From Oceanispirochaeta sp. (GTDB lineage Bacteria > Spirochaetota > Spirochaetia > DSM-2461): a stretch of 64,000 nucleotides of DNA. Location of the stretch: contig CAXXXD010000001.1 in NCBI GenBank assembly GCA_963663385.2, positions 352,001 through 416,000 of the forward strand. The letters run 5' to 3'. This document shows, piece by piece, positions 29,185 to 39,228 of the stretch; position 1 is the first letter of the stretch, and each line of letters opens with the position of its first letter. A program made the position numbers and the translations under genes. The notes below the pieces were generated by a model, which saw only the letters and a program-made list of their open reading frames with translations, was not told the DNA's origin and ran no database searches.

Positions 29185-29261
29185 ATAGTTCAAGAACTGG
29201 ATAGTATCGTCTATTTCCTCCTGAAAAATAAGGTCCTACAATGCCCCCAGGAGGAAGAGCC

Positions 29262-31484
29262 ATGCAACCGAGATCTCTGTGTAATCTGAATTTTAACCAC
29301 CCGATTCAAACCTGGGACGAGGCAATACCCCTGGGGAACGGTCTAATGGGAGCATTGATCTGGGGAAACGGAAACCCGCTGAAATTCAGTCTGGACAGGG
29401 TGGATCTATGGGACAGGACCCGTCACCCCAACCTTGACCATCCCGATTACAATTTCAGTCATCTTATATCCCTTGTAAAAGATGGAGATACTGAAGAGAT
29501 CGACCGTTTTTTTGAAGCCCCCTACCTTTCTCCGACACCTACAAAGCTGCCGGCGGGGCGTCTTGAATTTAATTTCGGAAACCAGCTTGAAACCAGCAGC
29601 TCACTGGACCTTGCCGCAGCGGAGGCTAAGATTAAACTTTCTGATGGTATTCGGACAATCTGCCTATATTCATTTTGCCATGCCATCACCGGTACTGGAT
29701 TCATAAAAATCACAGGGCTTCCCGGGGATTCAGAATTGGACTACGCCATTAGGAACCCTCAGTTCAACTTCTCCTCGGAGAAGAAGAGCGATAACATCGA
29801 AGTGGATTCTGTCGTTACTTCGGGCCTTGATGTCCTGACCTATCCGGCTCCTGTTATCTGTGATTCCGGAGAGTTTCGATACTACATTCAGGAGATAGAC
29901 CAGGCATTCCGTTATGGTATTTTCACAAAGTATTTACGAACGGAAAAAGACGTCCTCCTTGCCTACCGCATAGTCAGCTCCAATGACGGTGATAATCTGG
30001 TAAAACTGGCGGAGGAATACCTGGATGCCGCCCTTGAAGAAGGGTATGAGGATGCCTTTGAATCCCACAGAAACTGGTGGCAGACCTTCTGGAACAAAAG
30101 CGGACTGCGCATCCCCGATCCCCTGTTTGAAAAGAACTGGTATTTATCCCAGTATTTTTTGGGTTCGGCATCGCGTAAAGGGCAATATCCCATGCCTCTC
30201 CAGGGAGTATGGACCGCCGATGATGACAAACTCCCCCCCTGGAAAGGGGATTATCACCACGACCTGAACACACAGCTTGCCTACTCCTGCTACCTTAAGG
30301 CCAATCACAGGGAAGAGGGGGAAAGCTTCCTTGATTTCCTCTGGAACCTTCAGCCTGAGGCCCGGGAATTTGCCAGACGGTTTTACGGGGCGGAAAAAGG
30401 GGCCAGCCTCCCCACAATGATGACCATCGACGGAGAGGACCTGTCAGGCTGGGTTATGTATGCCTACTCTCTGACCAGCCAGATCTGGCTCAGCCAGCTC
30501 TTCGAGCGGCATGCGCTTATGACAGGAGATGAATGGTTCCTGCGGGAGCGGGCCTATCCGTATATGAAAGAAACCGCCGATTTTATCCTCTCTGTGGTGA
30601 AGGAAAAGGACGGCCTGTATTTTCTCCCCGTTTCTGCCTCACCGGAGGTGCATGACAACACTCTGAAAGCCTGGTTCACCCCGAACACAAACTACGACCT
30701 GGCCCTGATGCACTGGCTTTTCAGGCATCTGTCCTTCCATGCCCGGACTGTCGCCCGGGAGGATACAGCTCAATGGCAGAGAGTCCTGGAAAAAATGCCG
30801 CCCCTGGCTGTAAACGAAAAGGGCGTGTTGAAACTCAGTCCCGATGAAGATCTGAAAGAATCCCACCGGCATTTTTCTCACCTCATGGCGATTCATCCCC
30901 TGCGACTGCTGAACTATCATAATGAGGACAGTAGAAAAATCATCGACGCTTCAATTTCCGACCTTGAACGATTAGGTTCCGGATTATGGGTCGGATTCTC
31001 CTTTGTCTGGATGTCCCAGTTATACGCTATTTCCGGAAATGGCGAAGGGGCCGCCTTTCAGCTGGAACAGTTCTGGCGTCACACCTGTTCTGGAAACGGT
31101 TTCCATCTCAACGGCGACTTTCGAAATACGGGGATCACAACCTGGCACTACCGGCCCTTCACTCTTGAAGCAAACCTGTTTGCTGCGGATGCCCTGCAGG
31201 AGATGATGCTGTACAGCGAAAATGGAGAAATGGAACTGTTCCCGGCTCTGCCTGAACGATTCAGAAAGGAGATCTCATTCGATGGGTTTCTGGCGGAACA
31301 GGGCCTAATCGTTGGAGCGGAAATGGAAAACGGGGTTGTGACGGCTCTCTCTTTAAGGTTATCGCGGCCAATGATCATAAAGATTCGAAAATGGGAGACG
31401 TTAAAACACCTGAAAAATTCTATTCCCGGTACATTGATCGAAGAGCACACAGACTGGGCCTTATTTGAGCTGTATGCTCCATGA
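29262..31484 (+). CDS. Glycoside hydrolase family 95-like (alpha-L-fucosidase/alpha-L-galactosidase)
   Basis: WDEAIPLGNG.MGA, LQGVW, WKGDYHHDLNTQ, SASPE, SHRHFSHLMAIHP, LFPALP. Confidence 0.85.
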   Translation: MQPRSLCNLNFNHPIQTWDEAIPLGNGLMGALIWGNGNPLKFSLDRVDLWDRTRHPNLDHPDYNFSHLISLVKDGDTEEIDRFFEAPYLSPTPTKLPAGRLEFNFGNQLETSSSLDLAAAEAKIKLSDGIRTICLYSFCHAITGTGFIKITGLPGDSELDYAIRNPQFNFSSEKKSDNIEVDSVVTSGLDVLTYPAPVICDSGEFRYYIQEIDQAFRYGIFTKYLRTEKDVLLAYRIVSSNDGDNLVKLAEEYLDAALEEGYEDAFESHRNWWQTFWNKSGLRIPDPLFEKNWYLSQYFLGSASRKGQYPMPLQGVWTADDDKLPPWKGDYHHDLNTQLAYSCYLKANHREEGESFLDFLWNLQPEAREFARRFYGAEKGASLPTMMTIDGEDLSGWVMYAYSLTSQIWLSQLFERHALMTGDEWFLRERAYPYMKETADFILSVVKEKDGLYFLPVSASPEVHDNTLKAWFTPNTNYDLALMHWLFRHLSFHARTVAREDTAQWQRVLEKMPPLAVNEKGVLKLSPDEDLKESHRHFSHLMAIHPLRLLNYHNEDSRKIIDASISDLERLGSGLWVGFSFVWMSQLYAISGNGEGAAFQLEQFWRHTCSGNGFHLNGDFRNTGITTWHYRPFTLEANLFAADALQEMMLYSENGEMELFPALPERFRKEISFDGFLAEQGLIVGAEMENGVVTALSLRLSRPMIIKIRKWETLKHLKNSIPGTLIEEHTDWALFELYAP

Positions 31485-31607
31485 TTTACGAAATGAGCAC
31501 CGGGGATACGGATGAAAGGAGAAAGACTGATCGGAAGCCGGTTCTGGAACCCTCCCCCAGAAGCGTATAACATCAGCAGATTGATAAAATGTCCGTCGTA
31601 TATCAAT

Positions 31608-32516
31608 TTACAGGGAAAAGAGCTGCCGGCCTTTGGCCGTCAGGCCAATAGCCTTTTTCTCATCATCGGTCATTCCTTTCTTCTCTGACAGGAGTTCCGG
31701 ATTTTCTACATACTTCTTCAGCAGTTTGATTGTTTTACCTGCATAAAGACCATCGATGATCCGATCGTCATAAGCAAACTGGATTCTCATCCTCTTTCTG
31801 GTCCGCATCCTATCATCTTCATCAATGATTTTTTCTTTATGAACAATTCCGAGTGCAACAAATATACCGTTGGTTCCCATATCAAAAAGATGATGGAGAG
31901 GGCTGTCCAGCTGGACAGAACCCAGATTGGCCAGAAAAACGGATGAATAGAACGGAAAAACCCTGAGCATTGACGCAGTAACCAGGTTATGATTATCCAG
32001 AAACCTGTAAACAGCTAGAATCATTTTCAATAAGGGGACAGGAAATTTCTCAAACACATCAACCTTCTCACTGCTGTCGTTTGATTGTCCTTCCTTTATA
32101 TTATTCACGACCTGTGTAAATCTCTCGTTGACAGATTCGAGATTGTCATCCGGTTCAAGAGGGATTATGACATTCACTTCTTCCGCATCTTCACTTAGAC
32201 TGACTTTTGTAACGAAAGATGCGGAGATATGATTTCTCTGGTAGTAGCGGCTGTTTATTATAAAACGGTTCATCCTGGGTTTTTCACCGAAAGCCCGACC
32301 AACCGCGCAAAGGAAGATCTGAAATACCGATAACCTCCTGGTTCCTTCCTTTCTTGATGTATTGAAATCCCGGATAAAATCCATTGTTTTATCAAGATAG
32401 AGATCCTGCTCAAAGAAGATTGTGGATTTGGTTCTTGAACCTGAAACCATAGGCATCAGTTTTGTAAAACCGGGGACTTTCACAGGTCGTCCGTCAGGTC
32501 TATTCCTAATTATCAT
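31608..32516 (-). CDS. Stand-alone 2-oxoacid dehydrogenase E2 catalytic-domain-like acyltransferase
   Basis: RPDG N-terminus, P.MNRFI, FLANLGS, DDRIIDG, YVENPELL; no lipoyl domain; start ATG 32516 with GGAG RBS. Confidence 0.75.
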   Translation of the reverse strand: MIIRNRPDGRPVKVPGFTKLMPMVSGSRTKSTIFFEQDLYLDKTMDFIRDFNTSRKEGTRRLSVFQIFLCAVGRAFGEKPRMNRFIINSRYYQRNHISASFVTKVSLSEDAEEVNVIIPLEPDDNLESVNERFTQVVNNIKEGQSNDSSEKVDVFEKFPVPLLKMILAVYRFLDNHNLVTASMLRVFPFYSSVFLANLGSVQLDSPLHHLFDMGTNGIFVALGIVHKEKIIDEDDRMRTRKRMRIQFAYDDRIIDGLYAGKTIKLLKKYVENPELLSEKKGMTDDEKKAIGLTAKGRQLFSL

Positions 32517-32580
32517 ATGTATCTCCATTCGAAAGAGAGTCAGTTCCTCTCCGTTATTTTCGACATTTAATCTCACATCT

Positions 32581-33417
32581 TCAATGAAAGGAAGTATCCG
32601 CTGTCTTTGATCGGTAGTTCTTCCTGTATTTGGCAGGAGTCTGTCCGTACCGATCCTTGAAGCATTTATAAAAATAGGCGGTGCTTCTGAAACCGAAATC
32701 ATCCGCAATTTCCAGCAGGGGACGGTCTGTATGACGAAGCAGATGCAGGATTCCTTCAAAGCGGATATCCCTGATCAGTTCAGTCGTCGATTTGTTCAGT
32801 TTGCTTTTGACAATCCGGCTGATATACTCCCGGCTGTAACCGCTCAGCCCGGCCAGCCCTTCGACGCCCCGGCCGTACAGGCGCCTGTCGTGAAAAGTCC
32901 GGAGCGATTCCCTGAGCCAGTCCGGCAGCCCGTCCATGGAGTTTTCCAGGGGGTCCTTCAGGAATTTCAGCAGCTGAAGAACAAAAAGATCATGATCCAG
33001 TCTGGACTGGCAGTCGACGGTTTCCCGGAGGTTGCCGAGGATCTGAATCTGCCGCTCGGTCAGGCGAAGCGTTCTACTCCGGTTCGTCTGCCAGGGCCAG
33101 AGGTCATCTCCGATGGCGTAGTGCTCACGAATCCGCTCAAGGGTGGATTTTTCCAGAGACAGGTTCACATGAACCATCCTGTCGGACTTAACAGCTTCGC
33201 CGCTATGGCGGTCTCCGGGAATGAGAAACACCATGTCGCCTCTTCCCAGAAGAGCCGCTTCTCCGTTCAGCCGGTGCAGGCAGTATCCCTCTTCTATCCA
33301 GAAAACCTCATAGAACTCATGGGAGTGCTCGCTCCAGCCCTTCCCCCTGTCGTGGGTTCTCTGGAAGAGATCCAGTGTAATGTCCAGGCCATGCCAGCCC
33401 CATTTTATGGCGCCCAT
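32581..33417 (-). CDS. AraC family transcriptional regulator (ChbR-like)
   Basis: HSHEFYEVFWI cupin; C-terminal GFRSTAYFYKCFKDRYGQTPAKYR; divergent from the GH38 gene. Confidence 0.9.
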   Translation of the reverse strand: MGAIKWGWHGLDITLDLFQRTHDRGKGWSEHSHEFYEVFWIEEGYCLHRLNGEAALLGRGDMVFLIPGDRHSGEAVKSDRMVHVNLSLEKSTLERIREHYAIGDDLWPWQTNRSRTLRLTERQIQILGNLRETVDCQSRLDHDLFVLQLLKFLKDPLENSMDGLPDWLRESLRTFHDRRLYGRGVEGLAGLSGYSREYISRIVKSKLNKSTTELIRDIRFEGILHLLRHTDRPLLEIADDFGFRSTAYFYKCFKDRYGQTPAKYRKNYRSKTADTSFH

Positions 33418-33522
33418 AGGCTCAATGTCACATATGAGTAGTATTTATGCAACCTCTGAGGAAGATGATTCGAAAAATCGGTAGTAATGTGAACGTATCA
33501 TCTTATTCAGGAGGCTGTTCCT

Positions 33523-36500
33523 GTGCATGAAATCAGAAAAGAACAGAAGATCAAGAGAATAAAAAGCTTTGAGAAGTCAATATCCCGTAATATCCTCTCA
33601 TGCGGGATTCCCGTTTCGGCAGAATACAGATTATGCGCTGATCCGGTTCCCTTTGAGGATCGTAAAAAGGGTGTCTTCCGGAAAATTGAACAGGGCGAAA
33701 TATGGGGAAAAACCTGGGAGAGCGGCTGGTTCCGGATCACTGCTGCCATTCCGACCGAGTGGGAAGATGGAAATTTTGCCCTCCATCTCGATTTCAACGG
33801 GGAGGCCCTTGTTTTCGACAGCGAAGGGATCCCCCTTTACGGCCTGACGAACGGTTCGGTATTCGACAGGCATTACAGCAAGGATGTCTACCGGCTGCCG
33901 GCGGCATGCCTGCCCGGCGATACCGTCGAAATATGGGTAGAAACGGCGGCGAATCACCTCTTCGGTGTTGACAGGGACGAGGATATGTCCAGTGTCACGG
34001 ACAGACGGGAGGGAAAGCATACGGGGCGGGTCAATCATATGGAGATTGTTCAATTCGACGAAACCCTCTGGCACCTCTGGCTCGATGTTCAGGTGCTTGC
34101 CGATCTCATTGACTACCTGCCGGAAAACAAACCCAGAAGAGAGAAGATCATTCACACCCTATGCCGGATGATGGATCTCTACGGCGACGATCCCGCCCGC
34201 AGCGGCGAGTGCCGGGAACTACTCAAGCCTCTGTGGACCGATGCCAATGCCTCGGATCTGAATGTTACGGGTATCGGCCATGCCCATATCGATACGGGTT
34301 GGCTCTGGCCTGTCAGGGAAACGGTTCGAAAATGCGCCAGGACTTTCGCCAGCCAGGTACATCTTCTGGAGCAATACCCCGAATACGTCTTCGGCGCTTC
34401 CCAGCCTCAGCACTATCAGTTCGTCAAAGACAATTACCCCGGCCTGTACGAAAAGATAAAGACGCTCGTAGCCAGCGGGCGATGGGAAATTCAGGGCGGG
34501 ATGTGGGTCGAGGCGGACTGCAATATCATCAGCGGGGAATCAATGGTCCGTCAGTTTCTTCTGGGGAAAAACTTCTTTAAGGATGAATTCGGAGTCGATG
34601 TCACAAATTTATGGCTTCCCGATGTGTTCGGTTATTCCTCCGCCCTGCCTCAGATTCTCAGGAAATCCGGTGTCGATTTTTTCATGACCCAGAAAATTTC
34701 CTGGAATCAGTTCAATAAATTCCCTTTTCATCTGTTCAACTGGAAGGGTATTGACGGCACGGAAGTGGTAACCCACTTTCTCCCCGAAAACGATTACAAC
34801 GCCAAGGTAAATCCCTCGGCTCTCGGGCGGGCCCAGGATCGCTTCAACGAAAACCATATCTGCGATGAATTTGTTTCGCTCTTCGGCATCGGCAACGGAG
34901 GCGGGGGGCCCAAAGAGGAATTCGTCGAACGGGGACTGCGCCTGCGGAATCTTGAGGGCTCTCCCAAATGGAAATTCGGCAAAGCAGGTGAGGCTTTTGA
35001 TCGAATGAAGGCTCTGTCTCCCCAGCTGGCTACATGGTCCGGCGAACTCTATCTGGAACTTCACAGAGGCACTCTGACCAGCCAGGCTCTTGTAAAAAAA
35101 TACAACAGAATGCTTGAAAACAAACTGAGGGCTGTGGAATACCTCTGGTCCGCTTTGCCTCCGGAAGAATACCCATCGGAAGAGCTGGACAGGATCTGGA
35201 AAAATCTGCTTATGAATCAGTTTCACGACATCATTCCCGGTTCCAGTATCAGGCTGGTATACGAGAGGGCCCACAGAGAGTATGAAACCATGCTCGGCGA
35301 AGCCGATGCCCTTCTGTCCCGTGCCGCCGACGCACTGTTCGAAAAAGAGGAAAACAGCCTTGTAATAGTCAATGTTCTGTCGAGCGAATACGGGCTCCCC
35401 ATACCTCTTCCCGCCTGCTGGAAAGGCTGCACCGTCCGTAATGAGCGGGGAGAGGAGATTCCCGTTCAGCAGGAAGAAGCGTGCTCCTATATCCTGAAGC
35501 CTGTCGAGCCGAACGGCTCGCTCTGCCTTATCAAGGGGGAGGAAATCTCAGTTGCTCCCGGTCTGACAGAAGGGCTTGTACTGGAGAATGATCTGATCCG
35601 GTATGAGCTGGACGAAACGGGCCGGGTGCTGCGCGCCTACGACAAAGACGCGGATTTTGAAATTATGAAAGAACCCGGCAATATACTGTCCCTCTATGTG
35701 GACCGTCCCCTCAAATGGGATGCCTGGGATGTGGACATCGATTATGAAAACATGCCTGTCGGAACAGTTGATCCGGTAAAGGTAACGCCTCTGACCGCAG
35801 GGCCGGTGCGAAAGGGGATTCGGTTTGAAACAAGGATAGGCCAGTCCTCCATTTGCCAGGATGTTTTTCTTGCCTCCAACTCCAAAAGAATCGATTTTAT
35901 AACGACGGTCGACTGGAAGGAAGATCACAGGATGCTCAGAACCGCATTCCCCGTTAATGTCTTCTCCGATGAAGCCAGTTTCGACATCCAGTACGGGTAT
36001 GTCAAACGGCCGACCCACAGGAATACCAGCTGGGACATGGCCAGATTCGAGGTGGCGGCCCACAAATACGCCGATCTTTCGGACAGCGGATACGGAGCGG
36101 CCCTTCTGAACGACTGCAAGTACGGGCACAAGATTCACGGAAATACGCTGGATCTGAATCTGCTTCGTTCTCCCGCCGATCCCGATCCCGAAGCGGACAG
36201 GCACGTTCATACATTTACCTACAGTTTCCTTCCTCACAGGGGGACACTCGTTGATTCATCAGTTATGAGCGAGGCGGCTTCCCTGAACAACCGGGTTCAG
36301 GTATATGACGGCTTCAGGACAGGATCCTTCAGATCTCCCTGCCGGGTCATCGGTTCCGGCGTCTCTCTGGAAGCGGTCAAGAAAGGAGAAAAAGAGGATT
36401 GCCTCATACTCCGTCTTGTCGAAACGGAGGGCCGGAGGAACCGGGTCAAACTGGATTTCGGCGGACGTGAGGTTTTGCTTGCGGAAACCGATCTTATGGA

Positions 36501-36591
36501 GTGGGAGGAAGGAACCGGAGGAAGCGAACCTTTTGCTCTGGAATTCTCGCCTTTTGAGATCAGGACGTTCAAAGTCAGACACAGTCATTAA
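33523..36591 (+). CDS. Alpha-mannosidase, glycoside hydrolase family 38
   Basis: GHAHIDTGWLWP, GGMWVEAD, WLPDVFGYS, GELYLELHRGT, NQFHDIIPGSSI, LLNDCKYG. Confidence 0.96.
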   Translation: MHEIRKEQKIKRIKSFEKSISRNILSCGIPVSAEYRLCADPVPFEDRKKGVFRKIEQGEIWGKTWESGWFRITAAIPTEWEDGNFALHLDFNGEALVFDSEGIPLYGLTNGSVFDRHYSKDVYRLPAACLPGDTVEIWVETAANHLFGVDRDEDMSSVTDRREGKHTGRVNHMEIVQFDETLWHLWLDVQVLADLIDYLPENKPRREKIIHTLCRMMDLYGDDPARSGECRELLKPLWTDANASDLNVTGIGHAHIDTGWLWPVRETVRKCARTFASQVHLLEQYPEYVFGASQPQHYQFVKDNYPGLYEKIKTLVASGRWEIQGGMWVEADCNIISGESMVRQFLLGKNFFKDEFGVDVTNLWLPDVFGYSSALPQILRKSGVDFFMTQKISWNQFNKFPFHLFNWKGIDGTEVVTHFLPENDYNAKVNPSALGRAQDRFNENHICDEFVSLFGIGNGGGGPKEEFVERGLRLRNLEGSPKWKFGKAGEAFDRMKALSPQLATWSGELYLELHRGTLTSQALVKKYNRMLENKLRAVEYLWSALPPEEYPSEELDRIWKNLLMNQFHDIIPGSSIRLVYERAHREYETMLGEADALLSRAADALFEKEENSLVIVNVLSSEYGLPIPLPACWKGCTVRNERGEEIPVQQEEACSYILKPVEPNGSLCLIKGEEISVAPGLTEGLVLENDLIRYELDETGRVLRAYDKDADFEIMKEPGNILSLYVDRPLKWDAWDVDIDYENMPVGTVDPVKVTPLTAGPVRKGIRFETRIGQSSICQDVFLASNSKRIDFITTVDWKEDHRMLRTAFPVNVFSDEASFDIQYGYVKRPTHRNTSWDMARFEVAAHKYADLSDSGYGAALLNDCKYGHKIHGNTLDLNLLRSPADPDPEADRHVHTFTYSFLPHRGTLVDSSVMSEAASLNNRVQVYDGFRTGSFRSPCRVIGSGVSLEAVKKGEKEDCLILRLVETEGRRNRVKLDFGGREVLLAETDLMEWEEGTGGSEPFALEFSPFEIRTFKVRHSH

Positions 36592-36621
36592 GGTTCTGTA
36601 ATTAAAGTCCCCTTAATTGCG

Positions 36622-36668
36622 AAAAAGCCGGGAGTTCATGATTTTACGGAACTCCCGGCTCCTCTTTT
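36622..36668. terminator. Bidirectional terminator between convergent genes
   Basis: AGCCGGGAGTTC (36626-36637) / GAACTCCCGGCT (36649-36660) with A- and T-rich flanks. Confidence 0.75.
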
Positions 36669-38085
36669 ATTCTTTTATAAGCTCCCAGCTCTGCCCGGTC
36701 ATACCGCAATACTCTTTCATCGTAACTCCCGATCCAACAGAATCTCCTGTCAATGTTAAAGCTTTCCCGCTTTCCCTTGATATCAGGACATAGGAGCCAT
36801 TCGCCCTGCGGCTGAGTTTCCACATCTGGTTGAGTTTGTCATTGATGCTGTACTGATGAACACGCGCATCCTCAAAATGTCCTTTCTGGTTATACTGATC
36901 TCTCTGCAAGTAGGCATCGTAAGCTGTAAATGGATCGGAGGGATTGTCTACTTCAAGCCTTTTTCCGCTATGGAGCGCCTCGAACCGATAGTACTCTCCG
37001 GTTCGATTAACAATAAATTTCTGTTCCTGGCCTCCGCAAAGAACATCGCCTACAGCAGAAGCTCCATTGCTGGCAGATCCTTCTGATATCGTCAGATAGA
37101 GATTGCAGTCTCTGTTTCTAATAGTTAGTGACGTCCCTTCGGGGAATGTTTCAGCAGGAAAGGGAATCACTCCGGAGCCGTAGCTGTACTCTCTTTCCGA
37201 AACAGTCAGTCCGCCTCTGGTTGAAACAGTTTCACAGGTCATGGAAATTCCTGCGACCTCTGAAAGGGGATTCAGGCTTTTCAGGCTGTAATACGCTCCT
37301 CCGAACCATATTGTACCGGGAAAGGAATACCATTGATCGGAATACCCGATCTGACTGATTTCAACACCATTGTTTTCATAAATCAGTTCCCATTGAAGTT
37401 CTTCCCCGGAAGGGAGGTTTCGTACAAGACCTTTATAGATCGGGTAGGAGTTTATCTTCTCCGATACGGCTATCAGATCGCCGGTATCGCAGAAATCAAT
37501 AAGGAGATGCATGGGTTTTCGTCCGGTATTCAGCCAGCTCCTCTGGGTAAATCGCAGGAGGAAATCGTATTTGTTGTTATTAATCGATTCATCATAGGCT
37601 CCAGTTCCGATAGTATCGTCCTTTGAAAAGCACATCAGGATATTGGTCTGTTTCCGGGACATAAAGGAACTGTCGTAGTTTTCAAGATTCCATGTGTTAT
37701 CAAAATCATCGGGGTTGTTTTCCGAACATTCGCTGAAAGATCTAAGGTCGTTGAAGCCAGTAATAATTAGTCTTTTATTTGCATTCTGCAGATCACCGAT
37801 TGTCGGCATGGAATCTCCGGAGTGATTGTAGAGGTATGAAGCCAAACCGGCTTTTACAAGTTCCTCTTCAACTTCTTCCGATGAGACATTCCAGGCATTC
37901 CCCCCCGGATAGTACTCAAGTTTGAGATTGATAATTTCTTCAGGATTGGTATCCAGGAAGTTTTTAATCGGAAGAAGGATCTCCTGAACAGGCGTCGTTC
38001 CTCCAAGGAGATTTACGCCTCCTGTATTGTGGAGTCCGTGGGCTGTTCGTATTTCCCTCCGGGACGTGCACTTATAAATCCCGCC
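36667..38085 (-). pseudogene. 5'-truncated PI-PLC X-domain-like protein with C-terminal ricin B lectin domain
   Basis: Frame stays open upstream of the called TTG (37845) to a TGA at 38086-38088 with no ATG/GTG, encoding TAHG...ILLPIKNFLDTNPEEIINLKLE; C-terminus has ricin-type QxW/QxF repeats (QKF, QMW, QSW). Confidence 0.6.
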
Positions 38086-38127
38086 TCACTATCTGTTCTG
38101 CGGAATATCCTCCTTTTGGATTTTGAC

Positions 38128-38718
38128 TCAGCTGAAAATCAAACTCTCAATTACGCCCAGTTCTTCCGCAACCTGCCGGGCCATATTCTGATTCAGCCAG
38201 TGCGGCTGGTGGGCATCCGAACCAATTACATACCTGAAACGATGCAGAAACGGAGTATAAAACCGACGCCAATCGTCCCTCCATACATAGCGGTTGTTGA
38301 TTTCCAGATAAACTCTGTCCGGAAGCTTCTCCGGTTCGGTACCATGAGCCATCGGGTGAGCTACAATGACCGGCTTGCCTGTCTCCAGGAGTATTTCGAT
38401 ACCTTTGTAATCCGCAGCTCTGTCACTGCAGTGGCAGATATAGTATTCAAAATCTATTCCCGCCGCATCGCGGGCATATTCTCCCCGGCAGATCTCGGTA
38501 CCTGTATGGAAGCCATAGGATTTAACACACTCTAAATACCCGTCAGGATCGGATATCTGCTCGAAATGATCACTGATGCCCATCGTCTCGGCATAGCGGA
38601 ATTCTTTAATCAATCCGACTGTTTGTTTCGGATCGATTGACTCATCCTCTTCTGAAAACACCGAGTGTATGTGAAGGTCCTGGGGTATGAGTTTTCTATT
38701 ATATTTTTGATCAGCCAT
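38128..38718 (-). CDS. PHP-domain phosphoesterase
   Basis: DLHIHSVFS, ISDH, AHP, LEINN, GSDAH. Confidence 0.88.
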   Translation of the reverse strand: MADQKYNRKLIPQDLHIHSVFSEEDESIDPKQTVGLIKEFRYAETMGISDHFEQISDPDGYLECVKSYGFHTGTEICRGEYARDAAGIDFEYYICHCSDRAADYKGIEILLETGKPVIVAHPMAHGTEPEKLPDRVYLEINNRYVWRDDWRRFYTPFLHRFRYVIGSDAHQPHWLNQNMARQVAEELGVIESLIFS

Positions 38719-39228
38719 AAACGTTCCTGTTGTTTCTGTATGCTATAGCGGTATCAGTCTGAAGTTATGCAACAAATGGCATTTCCAGATTCCCGGGAGT
38801 TGCCGATTCATCATAATTCCTTCTGAATCAAAAGAATAAGAGATGAATACTTGTAAAAGTAGTACCTAGAATTATCCACATAGGCTCAAAAATTAATATG
38901 TTTTTGACCTCGGAACCGATTTTCATCTCCGGGGAGACAGAATATCCGTACACATTAAAACACTCTGACTCTAATTCCTTTCGTCATAGATACTAGCATC
39001 ACGATAGGGATCGGTTTTAACGTATGACAGCTGAGGATTAAATCCCGGGTACATTACGGGTTAAATAGTTCCCCGCAAAAGTGATAATGACGTACGGAAC
39101 ACACTGGCATATTAATTTTTTGGCCAACACGCATAATATCAGGTACTTTTTTTCGGTTATTTCTTCATTTAATCTATAAAGATCAGTATTTAGGAATTGT
39201 TGCGCAATAAGACCTTAAGGAGGAAAAA

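Noticed and set aside
37900..37906. Poly-C/G tract as a phase-variable frameshift in the PLC-ricin gene
   Set aside because: The 7-nt run keeps the frame (CCG GGG GGG); the defect is the missing 5' end, not slippage
38872..38880. Perfect DnaA box TTATCCACA
   Set aside because: Single copy with no cluster and no dnaA/dnaN context; expected by chance
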